64,000 bases of DNA, taken from the NCBI GenBank assembly GCA_050287085.1, contig JBNKBE010000008.1:169448-233447 (forward strand). Reading direction: 5' to 3'. Position 1 is the stretch's first letter, and the number at the start of each line of letters is the position of its first letter. This document shows positions 36,097 through 49,147 of this stretch, piece after piece. A model generated the notes under the pieces. The model searched no databases and was not told where the DNA came from. It saw nothing but the letters and a program-made list of their open reading frames with translations. Made by a program: the position numbers and the translations under genes. Source of the stretch: Polyangiaceae bacterium. Lineage in GTDB: Bacteria; Myxococcota_A; Polyangia; Polyangiales; Polyangiaceae.

Positions 36097-36843
36097 CTAC
36101 TTGAACTCGGTTCCGCCCCCGAGCGGATCCTTCCCCAAATAGCGAAGCCCCTTGACGGTCGCGATGCGGAATTCCGTCCTTCGGTTCTGCGCCTTCCCCG
36201 CCTCGGTGGCATTGTCCGCAATGGGCTTGGTGTCTCCAAACCCAACCGCCAATACGCGCGTATCGGCGATGCCCTGGGAGACGAGGTAGTTCTTGACCGT
36301 GAGCGCTCGCTGCCCCGACAACTCGAGGTTGGCGCTGGGATCGCCTGTGTTGTCGGTGTGTCCTTCCACGCGAATCTGCGTGACGGCGGGGTTGTCGACC
36401 AGGAAGGACTTGAGCTGCTCGAGAATCGCCTCATTCTGAGCACCGGCCGCCAGGGTGGTCGCTCCACTATCGAATACGAGGTTTCCGGGCAGGATGAGTT
36501 TGCCGCCTTTGCGTTCCACAGGGGGGAGCTCGGGCGCGGCGGGTGTGGGCTCATCCGCGGAGGTGGCCTCGGACGCGCCGGTGGGGGCGCTAGAAGCTTC
36601 GGCGGGGGGCTGAGAGGGCGCCGCTGAGGTCTCGGGTGCGGCGGTGGTAGCGCTCGCCGCCGTCTTGCTCGGGGTGGGGGTCTCCGGTGCGTTGCTGTCG
36701 AAGCCTGCGTGCACTTTCACGCTACAGGCGGCAACGGCGATCGAAAAGACGCAGGCGCCGCCAACGAGGAGGAGGTCTGTTCGCGTTGACCGCTGGCGGG
36801 TGGGCAATGTTGGGGCTTGAGGTGGCTGCTTGGATTGGTTCAT
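36097..36843 (-). CDS. OmpA-family peptidoglycan-binding lipoprotein
   Basis: Lipobox VAAC; VEGHTDNTG...NLELSGQRA..V..YL, GFGDTKPIADN....NRRTEF. Confidence 0.92.
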   Translation of the reverse strand: MNQSKQPPQAPTLPTRQRSTRTDLLLVGGACVFSIAVAACSVKVHAGFDSNAPETPTPSKTAASATTAAPETSAAPSQPPAEASSAPTGASEATSADEPTPAAPELPPVERKGGKLILPGNLVFDSGATTLAAGAQNEAILEQLKSFLVDNPAVTQIRVEGHTDNTGDPSANLELSGQRALTVKNYLVSQGIADTRVLAVGFGDTKPIADNATEAGKAQNRRTEFRIATVKGLRYLGKDPLGGGTEFK

Positions 36844-37100
36844 TCGCGTCTCCTTCACCCGCGCGAGCGAGCGCTGTCGAGGTTTCCGTCCGTACCCGGA
36901 GCTCCCGGTGATACGCGTGGTATCGCGAGTGGGTGTGCTGGGCAACTGACGGTGTTCGTTTGCAACGCGCCGACGAGGGCTGGCCCTCGGCTGAAAAGCC
37001 GAACCAGTCGCCCCGACCCGGGCCCTAGGCGACGCGTCCCGGCGCGTCGTTCGGAGCGGCGGCCCTTGGCCTTTGCGAGCCGAGGGGCTATCGCTCGACG

Positions 37101-40655
<3,555 letters not shown>

Positions 40656-40767
40656 GCACTCGCCGTGTGGGCGGCTGATGTCGTCGGGTTGCAGGCTGGT
40701 GGATGACGCGCCTTTGTGTAAGACAAAGCACCGAAAACGCGGCAAGCTGAGGGCCTGAGGACACGGA

Positions 40768-42036
40768 ATGAAGGATAGCCGGGACGAACTAGTCCGGATC
40801 GACGAGCGCGGCGAAGCGCATCCGATTGGCTCGCTGGCGAGCAGTCGTATGCGGCGGCGGGCCGGTGCGTACAGACTCCTACCGGCGCCGCGCCACGTAG
40901 TATTGATGCGCTACACCGGCGAGGACGGCCGTCGCGACGCGGAGGACGGGGCCGTCGTGCGTCTGGGCGGGGAGATCGTTCGGGCGGGGGCGATGTGTGA
41001 GATCTTCGGGCTCTTGGCCCACGCCGGCTGGCGCGGTGAACTGGTGGTCTTTGATTCCCAGCACGAGCGCTCATTGTACTTCGACCACGGACAGGTGGTC
41101 GGTGCCAAGACCACGGCCCCAGACGAGAGACTGGGAGAGATCTTGTACCGCTTCGGCGCCATCGATCGCGATCAGCACGCGCTGCTCGCTCGCGAGTGCA
41201 GTGCCTTGTCGGGCTCCGCGGAACGCGTGGGCGAAATCGCGGTGCGCCTTGGACTCGTCTCTCAAGATGACGTTTACCGCTGCTTGCGTCACCAGGTAGA
41301 GGAGATCTTCTACGCCACGCTGCAAGCGGAAGACGGAACCTACTTCTTCCTGGACGGTTTCGATCCGGTTCATGCCAGCGCGGCCCAGGCGCTCAGCGCC
41401 AGTTCACTGTTGATGAGCGGGGTGACGCGTTTGGACGAGATCCGGTACTTTCGCGAGAAGATACCGTCTTCGGACTATGTTCCCCAGCGCGTCGCTGGTG
41501 TATCGACGGCACCCGGCGAGGACTTCTCGGGGACCTTTGAGGTCATCAATGGTCGGCGTTCGATCGCGGAACTCGGACGCGAAACAGGCCTCGGGGAGTT
41601 TGCCACCACGCGAGACGTTTTTGCGTTGCTGCGCTCTGGCCATGTTTCGCTGCGTCCCCCGAGCCTGGAGGGCGGGCTGTCGGCGATTGTGTCGCGAGTG
41701 AACCATTCGCTCCGCATGATCTACGAGGTCGTGGACTCCGGAGAGCGCTTGCCACAGCTCGAGCGCAGCTTGGGGGAGTTCACGGCTGGCGCGGGGTTGT
41801 ACGAGGTCTTGTTCCAAGGGGCTGGGCCTGACGCCCGCGGACAGCTACAAGTCGAAACGGTGGCCGCCAATGCCGCCCGACTGAGCGAAGGGGATCCGGA
41901 GCGGCTCTTGCGGCAGCTGCTCTACGACTATCTCAACTTCGCTCTCTTCAGTTCCGGACAGCTGCTAGACAGTGGCCAACGCACTCAAGTGGCCCGCGAA
42001 GTACGCCCGACGCTCACTCAGCTGCAGGTGGTGTAG
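40768..42036 (+). CDS. DUF4388 domain protein
   Basis: WRGELVV...RSLYFDHGQVVGA...ERLGEIL; GTYFF; LLMSGVTRLDE; C-terminal winged-helix-like segment. Confidence 0.75.
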   Translation: MKDSRDELVRIDERGEAHPIGSLASSRMRRRAGAYRLLPAPRHVVLMRYTGEDGRRDAEDGAVVRLGGEIVRAGAMCEIFGLLAHAGWRGELVVFDSQHERSLYFDHGQVVGAKTTAPDERLGEILYRFGAIDRDQHALLARECSALSGSAERVGEIAVRLGLVSQDDVYRCLRHQVEEIFYATLQAEDGTYFFLDGFDPVHASAAQALSASSLLMSGVTRLDEIRYFREKIPSSDYVPQRVAGVSTAPGEDFSGTFEVINGRRSIAELGRETGLGEFATTRDVFALLRSGHVSLRPPSLEGGLSAIVSRVNHSLRMIYEVVDSGERLPQLERSLGEFTAGAGLYEVLFQGAGPDARGQLQVETVAANAARLSEGDPERLLRQLLYDYLNFALFSSGQLLDSGQRTQVAREVRPTLTQLQVV

Positions 42037-42165
42037 AGCGTAGAACAGAGTACCCAGCGCAAGACCCTGCGTCCGGGGCTGAGCTTCGGTTGGGCGTGCG
42101 TTCAACGAAAATGGGTCCTTGAGGCAAGGGCAGCTGCTCGCCGTCCGGCAACTGCGTCAAAATCG

Positions 42166-42194
42166 TTGTCGAAGCACTCGCCTTTGGTTAGAAG
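42166..42194 (+). promoter_or_regulatory. Putative sigma70 promoter of tRNA-Lys
   Basis: TTGTCG-N17-TAGAAG ending 10 nt upstream of the mature tRNA. Confidence 0.55.
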
Positions 42195-42204
42195 CACGGA
42201 CTCC

Positions 42205-42280
42205 GGGTCGATAGCTCAGTCGGTAGAGCTGTGGATTTTTAATCCATAGGTCCAGGGTTCAAATCCCTGTCGACCCACCA
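42205..42280 (+). tRNA. tRNA-Lys(UUU)
   Basis: 76 nt; acceptor GGGTCGA/TCGACCC, D arm GCTC..GAGC, anticodon stem GTGGA/TCCAT with loop TT-TTT-AA, T loop GGTTCAAATCC, encoded CCA. Confidence 0.97.
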
Positions 42281-42296
42281 AGCATTACCAGTGCTT

Positions 42297-42323
42297 AGGA
42301 GGCCTTTGGCCTCCTTTTTCTTT
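42297..42323 (+). terminator. Rho-independent terminator after the tRNA
   Basis: AGGAGGCC-TTT-GGCCTCCT followed by TTTTCTTT. Confidence 0.85.
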
Positions 42324-42399
42324 GGGGCTCTGGAGCGTCGCATCCGGGCCGGCGGCGCGCTCCACAGCGGGGGACAGATGGCTTCCCGGTTCGCGGGCC

Positions 42400-43407
42400 C
42401 TACGCGCGCAGGCTGGAGCGTACCGCGCTCTGGGGTTCGTCGGTGCGTTCTTCAGTACTGCCCAGGCCGCGCAAGGCGTCGGCAAGCGGCGTTGTCGTGG
42501 GCGGACGTTCACTGGGTTTCGGGCTCATGGCGCGCGACACCACATCGTTGAGGGCATCCGTGCAGTAAGGGAACAGCGTCTTGAGGGGCGGATAGCGCCG
42601 CTCCACGATCGACCGCTTGAGTTCCAGGAGGGACGTTTGCTTGGCAAAAGGGTTGATGCCGGTCAGGCACTCGTAGGTGAGTACCGCGAGGGAGAAGATG
42701 TCGGCGGCCGCGGTGGGGCTCAGTCCGGACAGGGTTTCCGGGGCCATGTAGGCGGGCGTGCCGGCGTGATCCTCCCGCGTTGGATCTAAGTCGTCGTCCA
42801 CCTCCGACAGGGAGCAGACTCCGAAGTCGAGAACCTTGGGGACAAACGCCCCCTGATTGTCCCGCGCCTGGAGGAGCACATTGCTCGGTTTCAGGTCCAG
42901 ATGAAGCACGCCGCGGGAGTGCGCGTGGTCGACGGCATCCATGACCGGGAGCATCACGTCGAGCGCCTCTTGATGCAGAAGTCGGCGCTTGCGCTTGAGC
43001 CGCGCCACCAGTGACTCCCCCTCGAGAAGCTCGAGCACGAGATAAGTGGCCTGCTCCGTCATGCCGGCGTCGTAGATGCGGACGATGTTGGGGTGGTCCA
43101 TACTGGCGAGGGCTTCGGCCTCGCGCAGAAAACGCAATCCGGCGTTCATATCGACACTGTCGGTCGGTTGTAGCAGCACCTTGAGCGCGACACGTCGACC
43201 AAGCAGGGTGTCTTTGGCGGCGAAGACCGCGGCCATGCCACCCTGTCCGACGCTGTCTTCCAGGCTGAAACGCCCGACCATCGTTCCGCGGCCCAGGCAC
43301 AATGGGGCGGCGACCGCTTCCGCTACCGGCAAGCTGGAGCCTGGTAGCGCGTGCAGCGCACCGGGTGCTTTTGAGATTCCCACCGAGCGTCGCGTGAAGT
43401 CTTGCAT
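42400..43407 (-). CDS. Cytoplasmic Ser/Thr protein kinase (non-RD)
   Basis: GQGGMAAV, VALKVL, HLDLKPSN, DFG, GTPAYMAPE; no TM. Start uncertain. Confidence 0.92.
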   Translation of the reverse strand: MQDFTRRSVGISKAPGALHALPGSSLPVAEAVAAPLCLGRGTMVGRFSLEDSVGQGGMAAVFAAKDTLLGRRVALKVLLQPTDSVDMNAGLRFLREAEALASMDHPNIVRIYDAGMTEQATYLVLELLEGESLVARLKRKRRLLHQEALDVMLPVMDAVDHAHSRGVLHLDLKPSNVLLQARDNQGAFVPKVLDFGVCSLSEVDDDLDPTREDHAGTPAYMAPETLSGLSPTAAADIFSLAVLTYECLTGINPFAKQTSLLELKRSIVERRYPPLKTLFPYCTDALNDVVSRAMSPKPSERPPTTTPLADALRGLGSTEERTDEPQSAVRSSLRA

Positions 43408-43567
43408 GATCGCTGCTCGGAGCACCGGAACGGCAGCACGCTACAATCCTTGAGACCCAGCGGGGGTGCGGCCGCCGGCAGAAATATTCCGGTTGCATGC
43501 AATCTGCGTCGGGCGCTTCGAGGGGGGATGTCGGCTGGACGCCCATATGGTAGCGTCGCCGCCACGC

Positions 43568-44728
43568 ATGTCACCGAAACCCCTCCTGTTCCCGCTGTCG
43601 ATCGCCGTTCTATCGGCCATCTCCTCCTCCGCCTGCAAGAATGACGAGGTCTACCCGGGCTCGGGTCGCGACGCGCAGGTGATCGATGTCGTGGATGACA
43701 GCGACACGGGCGCGGGCGGAAGCGGAGGTGACATGGGGACCGGCGGACAAGGCATGGGTCCGGCGGCGCCGGCCGCGGTAGAGCTTGGGAAGTCGTGTCT
43801 CGGAGACTCCGATTGCGCTGAGGGCTTGACCTGTATCACCACGGACAGCTCCGATTTTCTGGGGGGAGGGCCGGCGGGGGGCTACTGCTCGCTGAAGTGT
43901 GATACGCCGACCGATTGCGAGGCTTTCGACAGAAGTGGACGCTGTTTGGAGTTCGATGCGGGCCTGCGCTACTGCCTGCAAGGCTGTGAAGCTGGTGCGA
44001 CGCTGCTCACGAAGTGCCAGGGGCGGCTCGACATATCCTGTCAGGACAGCGACGGCGGGGGTTTCTGTCGTCCCACCTGCCGCGGGGACGAAGACTGCGA
44101 CGGCCGTCGCTGCGAGCTCGGAACGGGCCTGTGCGTGGACGAACTCTCCGACGGCGGCGAGATTGGCGCTGAATGCGATCCGGATGATCCTACCACCTGC
44201 AGCAGCGGGTTGTGCATAGCGTTTGCCGACGGCTATTTCGCCTGCAGCGGCTTGTGCCAACTGGGTGACTTGACGGCGGGTTGTGGCCGAAGCGCCGCGC
44301 CGATGAGTCCCAGCGCTCCGGCTTGCGTGCTCGCTCCTGAGACCGCGGCTCTAGGCGATCTGGCGCGCTGCAATCAGGGCTGCGACTGCCAAGACGACTG
44401 TCTGCACCCGGACGCCCTATGCTACACCGGTCCGTTTGGTAGTCTCGAGGACGGCTCGTCGCTCTTCGGTACCAAGGGCTTGTGTGTTGCACCCAACGAG
44501 ACCTTCAGCGAGACCGATCAGTTTGCGGGGCCCTGCCGTGGCGGGTCGAATGTCGATGGCGGTGACGGCAGTGCCCCCGCGAGTGACGGGGGCTCGGACG
44601 CAGCGGCGGCCGGGAGCGGTGGGGGCTCAAACCAAACTGAGGACGCAGCGGCGGCCGGAAGCGGTGGGGGCTCAAACCAAACTGGGGACGCGGCTGCGGC
44701 CGGTGGCGCTGGCGCCTCCGGGCGGTGA
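43568..44728 (+). CDS. Cysteine-rich lipoprotein
   Basis: Signal peptide with lipobox SSAC; dozens of Cys in C-x4-5-C repeats (GGYCSLKC, GLCV); Gly/Ala-rich tail. Confidence 0.8.
   Translation: MSPKPLLFPLSIAVLSAISSSACKNDEVYPGSGRDAQVIDVVDDSDTGAGGSGGDMGTGGQGMGPAAPAAVELGKSCLGDSDCAEGLTCITTDSSDFLGGGPAGGYCSLKCDTPTDCEAFDRSGRCLEFDAGLRYCLQGCEAGATLLTKCQGRLDISCQDSDGGGFCRPTCRGDEDCDGRRCELGTGLCVDELSDGGEIGAECDPDDPTTCSSGLCIAFADGYFACSGLCQLGDLTAGCGRSAAPMSPSAPACVLAPETAALGDLARCNQGCDCQDDCLHPDALCYTGPFGSLEDGSSLFGTKGLCVAPNETFSETDQFAGPCRGGSNVDGGDGSAPASDGGSDAAAAGSGGGSNQTEDAAAAGSGGGSNQTGDAAAAGGAGASGR
44596..44703. repeat. 45-bp coding repeat x2.4 (DAAAAGSGGGSNQTE)
   Basis: Direct repeats starting at 44596, 44641 and 44686. 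Confidence 0.88.
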
Positions 44729-44789
44729 AGCCTGATGCCAAGGAGCGGGGTGTACGCCTCGCTCCCATGCTCTAGACCGCTGTCGTTGG

Positions 44790-45275
44790 CTAGGGGCGGA
44801 GGCGCGCGGGCCGTGGCTCCGACTGTTCAGCCTTTTCCGCCGAGGTGGCGTTGGGGTCCGCTTCGACCTCGACGACCACACGCTCGTCGCGACGGGCTCG
44901 GGTTGGATTGAGCTCGACTCGCGCCAAGAGCTGGCGGCGCAGGAGACTCGCTAAGGGTCGGCGGGTTGGGGGGAGAAGCAAAACGAAGCCGAGCACGTCG
45001 GTGATGACCCCCGGCGTTAGCAGGAATGCACCTCCGACCACGATGAGCAGCCCTTCGATCAGACCGAGCTCTGGAGGGCTGAACGTTTCCAGAGCCCTGC
45101 GATAGGCAGCAAGGGCCCGGCGCCCTTCTCGCTTGAGGAGCCAAGCGCCCGCCAGCCCGGTGAGAACGGTGAGCAGAACCGTAGGCCAGATGCCGACCTT
45201 GCGGCTCAGCCACACCAACAAGAATACCTCGGCGAGGGGGATGGCGATAAACGGGGCGAAGAGGAGTCGGAACAT
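44790..45275 (-). CDS. fxsA: FxsA family membrane protein
   Basis: FIAIPLAEV, LTGLAGAWL..REG, GGAFLLTPGVITDVLG.LL.PPTR. Confidence 0.92.
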   Translation of the reverse strand: MFRLLFAPFIAIPLAEVFLLVWLSRKVGIWPTVLLTVLTGLAGAWLLKREGRRALAAYRRALETFSPPELGLIEGLLIVVGGAFLLTPGVITDVLGFVLLLPPTRRPLASLLRRQLLARVELNPTRARRDERVVVEVEADPNATSAEKAEQSEPRPARLRP

Positions 45276-45311
45276 AAACAGGACCTGGAGCGCAAGGCAT
45301 CGCTTTGAGGT

Positions 45312-46790
45312 ATGCTGCAAGCTTCGATGACGGTGGAGGACGCCTTCGAGCTCTGCGGCACGACGCTGGCAGGCTCATATCATGTTGAGGTCGCGGTTGC
45401 CGAAGGCGGATTTGGCCTGGTGTACCGCGCGCACCACACGGGGTTCAGAGCTCAGGTGGCGCTGAAGTGTCTCAAAGTGCCTCAGACTCTATCCGAGGCG
45501 CAGCGCGTGCAGTTTCGAGCCCAATTCCAGAGTGAAGCGGAGCTGCTCTACCGCTTGTCGTCACTCACCGCGAACGTGGTGCGCCCGCTGCACATCGACG
45601 CGATCACTGCGCCCAACGGGGACTTCATGCCATTCCTGGTGATGGAGTGGCTTGAGGGCTGTACTCTTGATCAGTATGTGCGCCAGCAGCAGCTTCCGGA
45701 GGAGGCGCGAGCTCGGCTTCAGTATCTCGTGAAGCTCCTGGGGCCCATCGCCAGTGCACTCTCCCTCGCGCACCACTTCCCCGACCAGGCAGGCGAAGTC
45801 TGTATCACCCATCGCGACATCAAGCCGGAGAATATCTTCGTAGTTACTGCCGGTGGTGGGCGACTGCTCAAGCTGTTGGACTTTGGCATCGCTAAAGCTC
45901 GCTCCAGTGCGAGTCAAGCGGTGGGCGCGCGCACGCAGGGGACCAACGACCTGGGGGCTTTCTCTCCGGCTTATGCCGCCGCTGAGCAGTGGTACCCCAG
46001 CCGATTCGGGCAGAGCGGCGCCTGGACGGACGTGTGGGGCTTGGCCGTGTCCGTGCTGGAGCTGCTCTGCGGGCAGTCGCCCTTCACCGGTGAGCCCGCG
46101 GAATTGATGGCGCAAGCGCTGGACGTAGAGAGAAGGCCGGTCCCGTCGTCGCTGGGGGTTGACCTAGGAGCCGCCTGTGACGCGGTCTTTCGCAAGGCGT
46201 TGGCGGTTGACCCACGCCGTCGCTACACCGACGTGGGCGAGTTTTGGGAGCAGCTGGAGGCCAGCGCGGTCGGCGTGGCCAAGGCTGAGCATTCCGCTGC
46301 TTTGCCTGCTTCGGTGGGTTCGCCCGTGGCCCCCGGGCGCCCCTCCGAACTGGACTTCGAGGATGTCGAGTCGCTTCCGCCGGTCGCGTTGTCGCCCCCG
46401 GTCGCGCTGTCGCCCGCCACGCCGTCTTCCTTGGCGCAGTCGTCGCCCCGCCGTCTGCCACTGCAGGACGCCCACGAGCGTCGCGCACTGGAGGAGCAGC
46501 GGGTGCCCGCGTCTGCTCCGCGTTTTCAGCGGGTGGTTTCGCTGCGCCCGGCCGCTGCGTTGTGGTGGCACGCGACGCTGGTTCCCGCTGCGATCGTCTT
46601 GGCCGCGCTGCTGCTTTCCATTGCGGGCGAACACTATGCGAGTCGCAGCGGACGGGTGTTTGACGTATTCGGTGTGCCGCTGAATACTGTGTGTGCAGTC
46701 CTGGCGTTGTCCGCGGGGCTGGTGGGGGTGTTCAACGCATTGCGCCGGGGACCTACGGGCGCGCGCCTTTATGGGGAACCCGAGGGCTAG
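45312..46790 (+). CDS. Ser/Thr protein kinase with two C-terminal TM helices
   Basis: AEGGFGLVY, ALKCL, HRDIKPEN, DFG, AYAAAEQ, TDVWG. Confidence 0.92.
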   Translation: MLQASMTVEDAFELCGTTLAGSYHVEVAVAEGGFGLVYRAHHTGFRAQVALKCLKVPQTLSEAQRVQFRAQFQSEAELLYRLSSLTANVVRPLHIDAITAPNGDFMPFLVMEWLEGCTLDQYVRQQQLPEEARARLQYLVKLLGPIASALSLAHHFPDQAGEVCITHRDIKPENIFVVTAGGGRLLKLLDFGIAKARSSASQAVGARTQGTNDLGAFSPAYAAAEQWYPSRFGQSGAWTDVWGLAVSVLELLCGQSPFTGEPAELMAQALDVERRPVPSSLGVDLGAACDAVFRKALAVDPRRRYTDVGEFWEQLEASAVGVAKAEHSAALPASVGSPVAPGRPSELDFEDVESLPPVALSPPVALSPATPSSLAQSSPRRLPLQDAHERRALEEQRVPASAPRFQRVVSLRPAAALWWHATLVPAAIVLAALLLSIAGEHYASRSGRVFDVFGVPLNTVCAVLALSAGLVGVFNALRRGPTGARLYGEPEG

Positions 46791-47060
46791 AAGGGCCAGG
46801 GCCCGCAGATGGGAAAGCTATACCACGCCGGCCGAGCCTATTGCTCCCGTGGCCGGTCTCGACCGGCTCGCGACTGGCTTTCCGATTCGCGGACCCTTAG
46901 CCGACCGAGCACAGCGCCGGTACCCAGGCGATGGAGAAATAAATTCGGTTGAAACTCCGGGTACACCAGGTTCACAATTCGGCGGTCCTGCCGTTGTAGT
47001 TAGGGGGAAACGATGGAAGCCGGTCAGTTATATCAGCCAGTGGGGGAGCGTTTTCAGCCT

Positions 47061-47474
47061 ATGAGCGCGCGGCGTGGGGAGATGGAACGAGTGCTGATCT
47101 GTGACGACGAAGCGCGACTCGGAGCCCTCACTGCGGGGCTGCTGTCCGAGTTTGGTTTTCAGCCGACAGCGGTTGCCGGAGGCGACGAAGCGCTGGAGTT
47201 GTTGCGGACAGGGGGCGGCGGCGCGATGAGCGTCGTCTTGTTGGACGTCAATCTAGCCAGCGGACCGAGCGCGACAGAAGTGTTGGAGCGTATGGACGCA
47301 GAAGGCTTTTCGCTGCCGGTTGTGCTCACCAGCGGGTTTGCACTGGAAGACGTTCCGAGGGCGTTGATCGAACACCACAGCGTCGCGAGTTATCTCGCGA
47401 AACCCTACACCGTCGAACAGCTGGTGGCGGCCATTGCGGGTGCTGCGACAGCCCGAGTCTCCGACGCAACCTAG
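47061..47474 (+). CDS. Single-domain response regulator (CheY-like)
   Basis: VLICDDE, LLDVNL (phosphoacceptor Asp), LTSG, LAKPY. Confidence 0.9.
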   Translation: MSARRGEMERVLICDDEARLGALTAGLLSEFGFQPTAVAGGDEALELLRTGGGGAMSVVLLDVNLASGPSATEVLERMDAEGFSLPVVLTSGFALEDVPRALIEHHSVASYLAKPYTVEQLVAAIAGAATARVSDAT

Positions 47475-47545
47475 CGACCGCGACGCACGTTGCGACCGCG
47501 AAACACGTTGCGACCGCGACGCGCGTTGCGACCGCGACGCGCCCA
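47474..47545. repeat. 18-bp tandem repeat x4 (GCGACCGCGACGCACGTT)
   Basis: Starts at the last base of the response regulator TAG; copies differ by 1-4 nt. Confidence 0.92.
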
Positions 47546-47664
47546 ATGACAGCGACGCAACGTGGTGACTCCGCCGCAGCCTAGTGCCTGTGGTGGAAGA
47601 CCTCGGAGCCGTTGTTTGGGGGCTAGTTCTGGTCTCACGCGCCCCAGAGCGCTAAGACTGCGGT

Positions 47665-49014
47665 ATGAGTGCTAGCGATTTGGTTGCGCGCTTGCGCGAA
47701 GAAGGGGTGTCGCGCGCAAAGCTGGGGGGCGTGGATATCGACGGCGTCGTTCGAGGAAAGTACATTTCTCTCGATAAATTGGAGTCAGCACTCACAAAGG
47801 GCTTCGGCTTCTGTGATGTCATATTCGGTTGGGACATCGAGGACCGACTCTACGACAACGCGGCGGTCACCGGCTGGAATACGGGCTTTCCCGATGCGCT
47901 GGCCATCATCGACCCGGACACTTTGCGTCGGCTTCCTTGGGAGCCAGGTGTTGTCGCATTTCTCTGCGACTTTCGCCTGCCCTCGGGCAAAGCCCATCCC
48001 GCTTGCCCGCGCTCACTCTTGCGCTCGGTGTTGCGCCGGCTCGAAAAGGCGGGCTTCGAGGCGCAGATGGGTGTCGAGTTCGAGTTCTTCTTCTTCAAAG
48101 AAGATCGCGATTCGCTGAGGGAAAAGGGCTTTCGCGCTTTGAAGCCACTCGACTCTGGAATGTTTGGCTATAGCTGGCTGCGAACGGGTCAGGACGCAGA
48201 GCTCGTCGCCGATATTTGGACCACCTGCGAAGCGTTTGGGGTCGCGCTCGAGGGGCTGCATACCGAGACGGGCGCCGGGGTGTACGAAGCGGCGATTGCG
48301 CACAATACGGCGCTTGCTGCGGCGGACCAAGCGGTGCTGTTCAAGACGGTGGTTCGGCAGGTGGCGGCTCGGCACGGTATCAGCGTTACGTTCATGGCGA
48401 AGGTGCACGAGGACTTGCCCGGGAGCAGTGGGCATATTCATCAGAGCTTGTGGGCCCAGGGCAAGAACGTATTCTACGATGGTCGGGCACGACACGGCAT
48501 GTCAGCGCTCATGCGTGCGTTCGTCGCAGGGCAACATGCGCTGCTTGGCGATTGGACCGCGTTGTACAACCCTACCATCAACAGCTACCGTCGTTTCGTG
48601 CCCGGGTTGTGGGCGCCACTCGTGGCGTCTTGGGGCGTAGAGAATCGGACGTGTTCGTTGCGCATCGTCGGCCCCGGAAGCGCCTCCGCCTTGCGCGTGG
48701 AGCTGCGGCAGACGGCCGCGGACATCAACCCATACATCGCTATGGCGGCCGCGCTTGCCTCTGGCTTGTACGGCATTGAGCAGGGGCTCGAGCTTCCGCC
48801 CGAAACGACAGGCGACGCTGGCGAAGGCGGTGCCTGGGCTGTCCCCCTCAGTTTGGCAGAGGCAACCGCGCGCTTGGCTAGCAGTGGACCGGCTCGTCGC
48901 TGTCTCGGCAAGTCCTTCGTCGAACACTACGTGACTACGCGGCAGTGGGAGGTTCGTCAGGCGCAACGCGCCGTCACCGATTGGGAACGGCAGCGCTACT
49001 TTGAAAACATCTAG
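47665..49014 (+). CDS. Glutamine synthetase-family protein, probably a gamma-glutamyl-amine ligase
   Basis: DIDGVVRGK, EFEFF, HTETGAGVYE, TFMAK, GSSGHIHQSL, NSYRRFVPGLWAP, ENRT, NPY. Confidence 0.88.
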   Translation: MSASDLVARLREEGVSRAKLGGVDIDGVVRGKYISLDKLESALTKGFGFCDVIFGWDIEDRLYDNAAVTGWNTGFPDALAIIDPDTLRRLPWEPGVVAFLCDFRLPSGKAHPACPRSLLRSVLRRLEKAGFEAQMGVEFEFFFFKEDRDSLREKGFRALKPLDSGMFGYSWLRTGQDAELVADIWTTCEAFGVALEGLHTETGAGVYEAAIAHNTALAAADQAVLFKTVVRQVAARHGISVTFMAKVHEDLPGSSGHIHQSLWAQGKNVFYDGRARHGMSALMRAFVAGQHALLGDWTALYNPTINSYRRFVPGLWAPLVASWGVENRTCSLRIVGPGSASALRVELRQTAADINPYIAMAAALASGLYGIEQGLELPPETTGDAGEGGAWAVPLSLAEATARLASSGPARRCLGKSFVEHYVTTRQWEVRQAQRAVTDWERQRYFENI

Positions 49015-49147
49015 GGGGTAGCGCCCTGGCAATCCGCCTGAGTCGCGGCTGATTTGCCTGGGCTGGCACGCATTTGTGTTGCAGCCTGCCGAGCGTGCAT
49101 GAATAGAGGGTGTTGCACTACGAGGCCGGCTCAAGACTCTGAGGATT

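Noticed and set aside
42205..43407. Genomic island integrated at tRNA-Lys
   Set aside because: No integrase, no duplicated tRNA 3' end seen, and no evident compositional shift.
47474..47545. Short repeat arrays (also 5590 and 23545) as CRISPR
   Set aside because: Units are contiguous 18-20 bp with no unique spacers, and there are no cas genes.
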